Positions 1-6,967 of a stretch of DNA of 32,000 bases are shown here, one piece after another. The position numbers and the translations under genes were made by a program. The stretch comes from Pseudomonadota bacterium (lineage in GTDB: Bacteria > Pseudomonadota > Gammaproteobacteria > DSM-19610): contig JBHPFC010000016.1 in the NCBI GenBank assembly GCA_042576405.1, positions 10,151-42,150 on the forward strand, written 5' to 3'. The notes under the pieces were generated by a model. It was not told where the DNA came from. It made no database searches and worked only from the letters and a program-made list of their open reading frames with translations. How positions within the stretch are numbered: the stretch's first letter is position 1; each line of letters starts with the position of its first letter.

Positions 1-1
1 G

Positions 2-232
2 ACAACAAAAATACCACTGGACAAGTACAGGGCAGATCTAGATACATTGTTAATGTACAAGAGAACGCATAAAAACGACGCCATCTTGATTTTTGCCATT
101 ACAAATAAACCGAATGACACGCGATACCTTGAGTTGTTAGAACGCGAGGCGGAAAAAAGAGATGTGCAGCTTATTTTTGGTTCACCGCAGGAGTTAGTAG
201 GGAAAATTAAATTGCTGGGAGAGATATTATAA
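2..232 (+). CDS. 3' end of an unidentified gene continuing upstream of the window (about 76 C-terminal aa visible)
   Basis: Frame 2 is open from nt 2 to TAA 230-232; the track only starts at TTG 47. The stop lies 2 nt before the ATG of the next ORF, suggesting a co-transcribed pair. AT-rich. No family recognised. Confidence 0.5.
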   Translation, partial: TTKIPLDKYRADLDTLLMYKRTHKNDAILIFAITNKPNDTRYLELLEREAEKRDVQLIFGSPQELVGKIKLLGEIL

Positions 233-234
233 AA

Positions 235-1581
235 ATGTTCCTTGCCTTGCTGGGATTGATTGTTTTTCTTCCCGATGTAACTCAAGGAGCAACTGAGTAT
301 GCAACCTTTGAGTCCTTTTATAAGGAACCTCATTCAATTGATTGGACTGTTGCGGCGTTAGTGGCGCTTTTTGCTGCAGCTGTAATATTTTTCACTGGAG
401 GTACGGCAAGTCCAGTGGTTGTGGCCATAGGTTCATGGCTTGGTGGAACCATGGGGCTTTCAGGGGCCGCCGCTACTAATGCGGGTCTAGCTTTGCTGGG
501 TGGTGGATCGATTGCTTCCGGAGGCTTCGGTGTCGTGGGCGGGGCCGTATTATTAACCGCTGCGTTATCGTTTGGAACTGATGTCGTACTCGATTCTGCG
601 ATCGGAAAAGCAGTAAATGAGTATGAATATTATAATCTAGTAGACCAAAGCAAAGGTATGCCAACGCTCCCGCTGCCGATAAATGGCGCTGGGCCAGATG
701 CCTATGAAAAAGCCATGGAGCTATTAAAAGACATTGATAAAGAATCGCCATTATTTTTAAAAAGTAATCAACAGTTAATAAATCGCGCTATAGAAATTAT
801 TAGAACTGATCACAAGTATTTGGATGCAGATGAGAAGTCGAAGAATAAGTCCTTGCTGTCTTTGCTCTATTTCATTTCGAATGATTATGTGAATGCAAAA
901 AAACACGCAGAATTGGCAATAAAGTATGCTAGAGAAGCAAGAATCCGAAGAACGCTTCCGGCATTTATTTATGCAACAAGTTCACTGTATGAGGAGGATT
1001 TCGATTTTTCGGATATAACTAATGATTACTTTGGGTACTCGGTACTAGCAGAGCCGGGCAATCGATTAATACCGGTGCTGTTTTCAATATATTTAGATAG
1101 GGTGCAACTCCGGCTTAACGATGACTATTTAGATGTAAAAGCGTTAGTGCATATCTTTGATGTAATGGAATCGTCCTCGCTTGAGGCTATGCGAGTACAA
1201 AACTATACAGGTCTGCTTTCAAGGTATTTTATTAATCTGAAGCTTGAGCAGCAAGAGATATTAAGCTTAGTGGGATCCTCAAACGATGCGATCAAAGAAA
1301 GTCCAAAAACAACAGAAACACTAAAAGACTCGCTGGAAAGGTATAACACCCTTGTGAAGGATTCCAAATACGTCATGCGTAAATACTTATCATTGGATTT
1401 GGATGATGATGGTAGACATAAAGCAAAAAGGTTTGAGGGGTTGTTAGAAGAATACTTTCAAGACAAAAAACGGCTTGCGTCACTTGTCAATGAATTTGAA
1501 GGAGATCAGAGCAAATGGAGCCTTGATAGAATTCTTGAGACAGTAAGGCGCTGGTGGGAACAGGTCACAAGTGATTTCTGA
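235..1581 (+). CDS. Membrane protein with a Gly/Ala-rich (glycine-zipper-like) N-terminal transmembrane region and a roughly 300-aa helical soluble C-terminal domain; function unknown
   Basis: 448-aa ORF. The N-terminal 120 aa hold hydrophobic segments rich in GxxxG/AxxxG (GGTASPVVVAIGSWLGGTMGLSGAAATNAGLALLGGGSIASGGFGVVGGAVLL). The remainder is charged and helical with TPR-like stretches. Tight coupling to the upstream gene. Confidence 0.7.
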   Translation: MFLALLGLIVFLPDVTQGATEYATFESFYKEPHSIDWTVAALVALFAAAVIFFTGGTASPVVVAIGSWLGGTMGLSGAAATNAGLALLGGGSIASGGFGVVGGAVLLTAALSFGTDVVLDSAIGKAVNEYEYYNLVDQSKGMPTLPLPINGAGPDAYEKAMELLKDIDKESPLFLKSNQQLINRAIEIIRTDHKYLDADEKSKNKSLLSLLYFISNDYVNAKKHAELAIKYAREARIRRTLPAFIYATSSLYEEDFDFSDITNDYFGYSVLAEPGNRLIPVLFSIYLDRVQLRLNDDYLDVKALVHIFDVMESSSLEAMRVQNYTGLLSRYFINLKLEQQEILSLVGSSNDAIKESPKTTETLKDSLERYNTLVKDSKYVMRKYLSLDLDDDGRHKAKRFEGLLEEYFQDKKRLASLVNEFEGDQSKWSLDRILETVRRWWEQVTSDF

Positions 1582-1824
1582 TTGACCATGGAGCCTAGGC
1601 GTTTGGCGTACAAGCGAATTGCGATGTTCCTAAATAGACCTTCTACCTAGCTGGCTCGGTGCCGATATACAGAATGAAAAGTCCCCGATCTGTGGGGCGT
1701 AAAAATCAGATAAGGGTTTATTCGACGCACGCGACGACCCGTCGCCTCCCCATGCGTTTCAATGGCTTGATTGCCATGGGTGGGCGTCGGGAGCGACGGA
1801 TGCGTCAGGTGTTGCCGGGAGTTC

Positions 1825-2250
1825 TCAGTCGGTGGCCCCCAGAATGGCTTTCACCTCCGGATGTTCGAACATGTATTCCCGCAACCGGTGGTAATGACAG
1901 GCGCAGATCCGGGCGAATCTTCCATCGGAAAATGACAGGTGACTGTAGGTATATAGACAGGCCGTGATCCCCAGCGCATCGCCGGAAAGGTCACCCTCGA
2001 ACATGTTGTCGCGGGTCACGTGGAAGACGTGATCTCCTGAGGGAGCCATGTAGAAGCCTCCGTTGCTGAGCGTGTAAAACTCCCAATAGCCTCCTTTGTA
2101 CTCTTCGGCCATCTTCTCGGTGATGCCGTAGATGACCGGCTCCAGTCGAAGCGGAAAATGAATCCCGAAGAGTTTCTCCGCGACGTCCAGGCGTCGGTCC
2201 TCGGGAACGAGCTCCCGGGTCACGAGGTTGAGTGAAGTTTGCGTCATCAT
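1825..2250 (-). CDS. ardB: ArdB/KlcA-family antirestriction protein
   Basis: 141 aa carrying blocks I recognise from KlcA/YfjX-type antirestriction proteins: GGYWEFYTLSNGGFYMAP, ALGITACLYTYSHLS, HYHRLREYMFEHPEVKAILGATD at the C-terminus. A GGAGA SD precedes ATGATG. Confidence 0.85.
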   Translation of the reverse strand: MMTQTSLNLVTRELVPEDRRLDVAEKLFGIHFPLRLEPVIYGITEKMAEEYKGGYWEFYTLSNGGFYMAPSGDHVFHVTRDNMFEGDLSGDALGITACLYTYSHLSFSDGRFARICACHYHRLREYMFEHPEVKAILGATD

Positions 2251-2394
2251 GATGTGTCTCCTGAAAATGCCTCCCCGTGCCTCCCTCGAAAATCACATGC
2301 GACCAAAAGCCTCCAAATTGAATCGGATGCGTAAGTTCAGTGAGAAGTTCGAGAGAGGGGGGTGTTGAAAGAAGGGCTGTGGTGGATGTGTCTG

Positions 2395-2550
2395 CTAGTG
2401 GATCTCTGACTGATTCTCCCAGGGTTCATCCGGATTGAAACCGGCCAACAGTCGGGCCTGTGCGTTGATCGCGTCGGCGAGGTCCTCGTCCGGAAGGTCC
2501 CAGGCACTGACCGTCTCCACGGCATCCAGAATGTAGTTTTCAATATTCAT
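2395..2550 (-). CDS. Small acidic hypothetical protein (51 aa), not in the ORF track
   Basis: Manual translation: MNIENYILDAVETVSAWDLPDEDLADAINAQARLLAGFNPDEPWENQSEIH, ending at TAG 2395-2397. Its ATG (2548-2550) overlaps the TGA (2547-2549) of the upstream 60-aa ORF as ATGA. Its composition is more protein-like than the R/S/T/P-rich 68-aa track ORF in another frame. Confidence 0.5.
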   Translation of the reverse strand: MNIENYILDAVETVSAWDLPDEDLADAINAQARLLAGFNPDEPWENQSEIH

Positions 2551-2729
2551 GCAAGTTTTCTCCTGTAGAAGTAATAAGCGATCCCGGCGAGAGCCAGGAC
2601 GACGAACGAATTAATGGGATAGAAGTACATGAGCAGTCCGGCCAGAACGATCGCGTACTTGCGGGTCGTTGCCAGCAGCATGCACAGACTCGTCAGAACT
2701 AGTAGTGTCAGGAACGGAGTAAACTCCAC
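2547..2729 (-). CDS. Small two-helix membrane protein (60 aa)
   Basis: GTG start with an AGAGGA SD about 10 nt upstream. Two hydrophobic helices (FLTLLVLTSLCMLLA, IVLAGLLMYFYPINSFVVLALAGIAYYF) and a basic C-terminus RRKLA. ATGA-coupled to the downstream 51-aa ORF. Confidence 0.5.
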   Translation of the reverse strand: MEFTPFLTLLVLTSLCMLLATTRKYAIVLAGLLMYFYPINSFVVLALAGIAYYFYRRKLA

Positions 2730-2894
2730 GGTGTTTTAGTCCTCTGTTGGAAAGTTGAAGAAAGGAAAGAGAAATCGACTGTTTCGGAATACTCTCGGTT
2801 CCTTGTGGTGTCTTATATGAGGCTTGGAGAAGGTCTTAAGCGTCTTGAAATATGGGATTTCTTTCTTGTCAGATTGAGGGAAACAAAGAACCAC

Positions 2895-3380
2895 TTACTG
2901 TTTTCGCGCGCTACCGCGGGGTATAGACGTCTTTTTGGTGGCAGCCTTCTTTCGTGGAGTTTTCTTCTTCACGGTAGAGGTCATCAATTTTTCCATCCTT
3001 GCTATGAAGCCCTCGGGATCCATGACAATATGGCCCCTCTTTTTTCCTTTAAGCAGTTGAAGTAATTTTTCATTGGCCAGCGCGGCGACAAGGAACGCAG
3101 GTGTGTTCACGGACTTCCCTCGAAACAGGGGTTGCAGCACGAACGACGTGATGGGCTGTCCTTTCGGAACCTCACCAAATACATCCAGGATGTCTTTCAG
3201 AGAGACCCACTCTGTACTCATGAAGCCACCGCCTGTATTCGAGTGTATGCGGAAGTGGATTTCGTTGTCCGGCGTTGCACCGACGTGGTATGTAATTTTA
3301 GACTTGGATGAGACGCTGTCACAGGTGGATTTCGTGATGACGTGCATCGATTCGGAAAGCTTATCTTCTGGTTTACTCAT
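2895..3380 (-). CDS. Hypothetical protein with a Lys-rich basic C-terminal tail
   Basis: 161-aa ORF with a GGAGAA SD before the ATG. The C-terminus KKKTPRKKAATKKTSIPRGSARKQ resembles histone-like or nucleic-acid-binding tails. No family recognised. Confidence 0.65.
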   Translation of the reverse strand: MSKPEDKLSESMHVITKSTCDSVSSKSKITYHVGATPDNEIHFRIHSNTGGGFMSTEWVSLKDILDVFGEVPKGQPITSFVLQPLFRGKSVNTPAFLVAALANEKLLQLLKGKKRGHIVMDPEGFIARMEKLMTSTVKKKTPRKKAATKKTSIPRGSARKQ

Positions 3381-3485
3381 GGCGTTCTCCTTTTTGTTGG
3401 TGACGGAATTACGTAAAGAATGGTGGGGGCTTTCTAATAAGTTGGCAGTAAAGCCGCAAAGACAGGGGGAGGTGATGGCGGGAGA

Positions 3486-3878
3486 TTACGGGTCGAGTAT
3501 ATCTTCGATCATTGATCGCAACTCTCCGTTGACCCATTCGGCGTCGGGAATGACGAACGTCAGACCGTATTCGTTGTTGGCGAGATAGATGGCCACGAAG
3601 AAGCCGTCATCACGCAGAAAAATGCCCTCCCAATAAATGTTGGTAAGCCTGCAGCCGTCCCAGAGTTCGTCGAGCTCGCGGTCGACGTCTTTCGGCTCGA
3701 TCAGAATGATGTAACCGTAGTCGTCGGGATTGTAGGGATGGCCTTCCCAGGTGTAGCCCTCGATCAATTGCTCGACGAGTTCCTTGACGATGGGGTACGC
3801 AGGGTCGTGTGGAGAGAGCTTTTTGATGTCCGCTGCTGATTGGATTTGGATCATTAGTTTTACCTTTTTTGTGGACAC
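3486..3878 (-). CDS. Hypothetical protein (130 aa from GTG 3878; more likely 122 aa from ATG 3854)
   Basis: Clean acidic globular-looking ORF. The GTG at 3878 sits inside a palindrome/terminator-like element, so ATG 3852-3854 (MIQIQSAADIKK...) is the more plausible start. Confidence 0.65.
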   Translation of the reverse strand: MSTKKVKLMIQIQSAADIKKLSPHDPAYPIVKELVEQLIEGYTWEGHPYNPDDYGYIILIEPKDVDRELDELWDGCRLTNIYWEGIFLRDDGFFVAIYLANNEYGLTFVIPDAEWVNGELRSMIEDILDP

Positions 3879-3912
3879 AAAAAAGCCCGCCGATTCGGGT
3901 GGAAGGGCGGGC
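3879..3912 (-). terminator. Putative rho-independent terminator, read on the minus strand
   Basis: GCCCGCC (3885-3891) and GGCGGGC (3906-3912) form a 7-bp GC stem with a 14-nt loop. On the minus strand the stem is followed by T6 (A-run 3879-3884 on plus). No minus-strand gene lies immediately upstream, so its role is unclear. Confidence 0.4.
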
Positions 3913-4086
3913 GCTAGGGGGTGATGTAAGATTAGTCAGGGATGGTCAGGTTGAGTGATGCTATCTATATGGAAAGTGGTTAGTATTAGACAAGCGCATG
4001 CTGCTTAAATGTATGCTTTAGAAAATAACGAATGCTTAATGATAAGGTCAGGTTGTGTATAAGCAATAAGGACCGGAATAATAGAT

Positions 4087-4728
4087 ATGAGATTTGATTG
4101 GGATAACTGGGGTGCAGGCGGGAAGACTATTTTTATCGCTGCCTGCGTAGCAATACTATCGATGTTCATGAATTGGGTTGATATAGGCATAACCACAAGA
4201 ATTGGAATATCGCAGCAAGCATTTTTACTTTTAGGGTTCTGGATATATCCAGTAGTGATGCTTTTCAACAATAAGCCAATCAATCTAGCTTGGGGGTTAT
4301 TATGTTCGGCGTTGTCATTTGTTGCCACCGCCATATATATTGCCTCTAAAACTATAGAACTTTTTGGGGAAACGACGAATGTTGCCGCAGTGGGCGCTTG
4401 GGTCTTTATTGGTGCTTCTGCTGCACTTGGGGCTGGAGTTGTCAAATACAATTCAGTAAATATTATAAATAAGAGGCTAGTCAGAGGTGGCTTAGAAGTT
4501 ACACAAATAGGTAGAGAAGCACTGGGTGAGAAAGCAGACTTAAAGCTAGGTGATGTCATAGTGAATTACTGCGGTGTCGATGTGAGAAATCATCCAAAAC
4601 TATTAGCTGATGAAATGCTCAAATATAAAAGTGACGAGACAGTACCTATCATCCTATTACGTGACTATGAGAGAGTGATAATTGATGTGCCTGGAGGAGA
4701 TCTTGGTATTCTAGTTCAAGTTATATGA
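4087..4728 (+). CDS. Membrane protein with a C-terminal PDZ-like domain
   Basis: 213 aa with about 4 hydrophobic helices in the N-terminal 120 aa. The C-terminal segment LKLGDVIVNYCGVDVRNHPKLLADEML...VPIILLRDYERVIIDVPGGDLGI matches the PDZ pattern (GD-I-..-nG..v....dl; .v.l.v.R.g). Sits in an AT-rich islet. Confidence 0.65.
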   Translation: MRFDWDNWGAGGKTIFIAACVAILSMFMNWVDIGITTRIGISQQAFLLLGFWIYPVVMLFNNKPINLAWGLLCSALSFVATAIYIASKTIELFGETTNVAAVGAWVFIGASAALGAGVVKYNSVNIINKRLVRGGLEVTQIGREALGEKADLKLGDVIVNYCGVDVRNHPKLLADEMLKYKSDETVPIILLRDYERVIIDVPGGDLGILVQVI

Positions 4729-4896
4729 GCTTTTGACTTCAAGCGGAAAACATTTCGATGTATTGCGCCGACAGTTAGAGGTATATCAACAACGCCACGT
4801 TGCAGGTTACAACGCCCGCATTAACTAATCTGTTGCCTCTATTAAGGCATAACAATGGCTGGTTTTTCCCGAAGAGGGATTCGCCAGCAAACTATT

Positions 4897-5394
4897 TTAT
4901 TTACGCTTTTCGGCCCGATATTTCCACGGTGGTATCGCATGCGGGTCTTCCCATAACCCACGTTTGCCGTCACGGGCTTCTTTCTCGGCTTCAGAATATA
5001 GGATTCGGTCAGTTTCAGACTGCTCTTTCTGATACTTCTTGTAATGCCATGCGTAGCCGGCTGACACCTGCTCCAGGCACGCATCCTCTCCACCGACAAG
5101 TACTTTACCGACGATCCTGCCGTATCGATCTCTCTTGTCATACTCCACAATGACGAAGCGACCGGCGACCGATTCAGCCAGGTGTTCTTTTGATTTCGTC
5201 CCGAATGCCTGCTTGCGCTCCGGTGCATCGATGCCCTGTAAGCGGATCTTGTGCTGAACATTCCCTTCGCTGAGTATGACGATGGTGTCGCCGTCGGTGA
5301 CCCGGACGGTGCGGCCCGTGAGAGTGGCCGCCGACGCGTACGGGACGTGAATCGTGAGAAGCAGAAAGAAAATTATGCGCATTAGGGAACCCAC
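4897..5394 (-). CDS. nuc: Secreted thermonuclease (staphylococcal nuclease/SNase family)
   Basis: Signal peptide MRIIFFLLLTIHVPYASA. SNase blocks VTDGDTI, IRLQGIDAPE, FG..SKE.L, YGRIVG, G.AWHY, EAEKEAR..KRGLW. Probable true start is ATG 5382; the track starts at GTG 5394. Confidence 0.85.
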   Translation of the reverse strand: MGSLMRIIFFLLLTIHVPYASAATLTGRTVRVTDGDTIVILSEGNVQHKIRLQGIDAPERKQAFGTKSKEHLAESVAGRFVIVEYDKRDRYGRIVGKVLVGGEDACLEQVSAGYAWHYKKYQKEQSETDRILYSEAEKEARDGKRGLWEDPHAIPPWKYRAEKRK

Positions 5395-5970
5395 TTACTG
5401 GACTACTTTTCTTCTCGCCATCCCGATCAACCCGATCAGGCCGGTGCCGAAGAGGTAAAGGGCGGAGGGGATGGGGACGGGTTGAGTTTCGATATAGAAA
5501 GATGCAGTCAGAACCGATCGTGGGATGGTTATCCTGTTGGTTGTGATTAGAATCCAGCTTGGACCAAAAATTATGCTGTCAACCGGTAATCCACCATCGA
5601 TGACCTGAGTAACGTCGATAACTTCACCTCCAATACCAGACCATTCAAGATCCTCGAAAAGCCATTCGTGAGCAGTGAAAGTATGGCCAGCCAAGTCAGT
5701 ACGAGACCAGTCCATTAAAATAGTGAAATTTGTGCCGGTGAAGTCGACGAAGCTTTCTCTAGGTTCATCTGTTAGAGGAAGGCTTGGAAACTCAACCACT
5801 GACTCGGAGACTGTTGCAGAGAATGAGACATCCCGGAAGCCCGCTGTACATGGCGTCAAACTCGAAATAGGCGAGACGCAGAAATCTATCCGATCACCAA
5901 CTAAATTTGCTTGTAGAGGTGTTACTACAAACAGCGATGCAGCAATTGTAAGGTGTAGTAATTTAGCCAA
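5395..5970 (-). CDS. PEP-CTERM/VPLPA-CTERM sorting-domain protein (secreted, exosortase-type anchor)
   Basis: N-terminal signal peptide (LTIAASLFVVTPLQA). C-terminus VPIPSALYLFGTGLIGLIGMARRKVVQ is a Pro motif, a TM helix and a basic cluster. TTG start with an AGAGG SD directly after the upstream stop. Confidence 0.75.
   Translation of the reverse strand: MAKLLHLTIAASLFVVTPLQANLVGDRIDFCVSPISSLTPCTAGFRDVSFSATVSESVVEFPSLPLTDEPRESFVDFTGTNFTILMDWSRTDLAGHTFTAHEWLFEDLEWSGIGGEVIDVTQVIDGGLPVDSIIFGPSWILITTNRITIPRSVLTASFYIETQPVPIPSALYLFGTGLIGLIGMARRKVVQ
5411..5454. repeat. Copy A of a 44-nt repeat encoding the CTERM sorting signal
   Basis: cttctcgccatcccgatcaacccgatcaggccggtgccgaagag is 41/44 identical to 5992-6035. 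Confidence 0.9.
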
Positions 5971-5981
5971 CGCGCGCCTCT

Positions 5982-6623
5982 CTATTGTTTCCTTCTCGCC
6001 ATCCCAACCAACCCGATCAGGCCGGAGCCGAAGAGCCAGACTGCGGCGGGTACGGGGACGACAGCTGGCGCGGAGCGTACCAGAGCGCTGCCGGTATATT
6101 GATGCGTAAGATCCCTCCGTAGCGGGCCATGAGTGATGTCTAGGTAATCTCGGTTTGGGTATAGGTGTCTTTCAACATGAAATAATGACGTGTTCATACT
6201 AAGAGTGCCATCGTGCCACCCAGTTATAAGGAAGGTTGCTCCATAATTTGTGTTTTCTGGATTTTCCTCTGCAAACAGATCACCAATAAAAGAAGTTACG
6301 TAATCAAAAACACCAAAATTATCGAAACTCCAACCGTTGTAATCACCGTCTCCCCCAGAAGAATTCAGTAAATTAGATATTTCTGTTAAAGAAGCGTATC
6401 TCCATCCATCGAATTCTTCACCCGGCCCCAATTTATTGCTTACATCGTCATAAGATCTATTCGCAGTAACAGTTAAGTCCAGCCACTCAAGACCGAAGTC
6501 GTCTCTGGTGATGAGATTATCTCCGACCGTTTTCCAATCATTGCTTACTAGTGCTGCATTAGATGACGGCGTGACAAAAATTAAGACCACGGCGTATAGC
6601 GTGCCTAACAAACGTGATTTCAT
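5982..6623 (-). CDS. PEP-CTERM/VPLPA-CTERM sorting-domain protein
   Basis: Signal peptide MKSRLLGTLYAVVLIFVTPSSNA. C-terminus VPVPAAVWLFGSGLIGLVGMARRKQ. GGAGG SD before the ATG. Confidence 0.8.
   Translation of the reverse strand: MKSRLLGTLYAVVLIFVTPSSNAALVSNDWKTVGDNLITRDDFGLEWLDLTVTANRSYDDVSNKLGPGEEFDGWRYASLTEISNLLNSSGGDGDYNGWSFDNFGVFDYVTSFIGDLFAEENPENTNYGATFLITGWHDGTLSMNTSLFHVERHLYPNRDYLDITHGPLRRDLTHQYTGSALVRSAPAVVPVPAAVWLFGSGLIGLVGMARRKQ
5992..6035. repeat. Copy B of the 44-nt repeat encoding the CTERM sorting signal
   Basis: cttctcgccatcccaaccaacccgatcaggccggagccgaagag is 41/44 identical to 5411-5454. Confidence 0.9.
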
Positions 6624-6733
6624 GATAATTCCTCCAACATTCTTATTCTGACTTCTTGTCGCCTCGCGCCGTCCTGGCGATCTTTATGTGCAGACAGTAT
6701 CAGAGTGAGTCGGTTGAAGGGAACTGACCTGGA

Positions 6734-6907
6734 TCAAGCCTGATCAGATTCCAGCAGTTCTTCCCGCAGGATCGTGACCTCAGGGGGCGCATCCGTGCCG
6801 ATCCGAACCTGATTGCCTTTCAGGGCGAGGATGGTGACTTTGATTTGTTCCCCGGTGGGTAACTCGATGACGAGGGATTCGCCGGGACGGCGGGTGACTA
6901 CGAGCAT
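6734..6907 (-). CDS. csrA: CsrA/RsmA-family RNA-binding translational regulator (57 aa), absent from the ORF track
   Basis: Manual translation: MLVVTRRPGESLVIELPTGEQIKVTILALKGNQVRIGTDAPPEVTILREELLESDQA. This matches the CsrA pattern ML.LTRR.GE.l.I.....v.vl..KGNQVRIG..AP..v...REE. GGAGA SD 5 nt upstream of the ATG (6905-6907). TGA at 6734-6736. Confidence 0.85.
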   Translation of the reverse strand: MLVVTRRPGESLVIELPTGEQIKVTILALKGNQVRIGTDAPPEVTILREELLESDQA

Positions 6908-6967
6908 GGCAATCTCCTTTTGCCTTGGTTGGAGTGGTCAGGGTACCGGCGGTGTTTTTCGGCTGTT

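Noticed and set aside
1659-2296. ORFs 1659-1967 (plus, 102 aa) and 1991-2296 (minus, 101 aa)
   Set aside because: They overlap the clearly recognisable ardB/klcA-like gene, and their Arg-rich translations are typical of wrong frames.
2337-2543. 68-aa minus-strand track ORF
   Set aside because: The R/S/T/P-rich sequence looks like an off-frame translation. The alternative 51-aa frame (2395-2550) has protein-like composition and ATGA coupling to the upstream gene.
4005-4559. 184-aa minus-strand ORF overlapping the PDZ-membrane gene
   Set aside because: It has low-complexity S/P/T/I-rich translation and no start context. The plus-strand frame gives coherent TM helices plus a PDZ-like domain.
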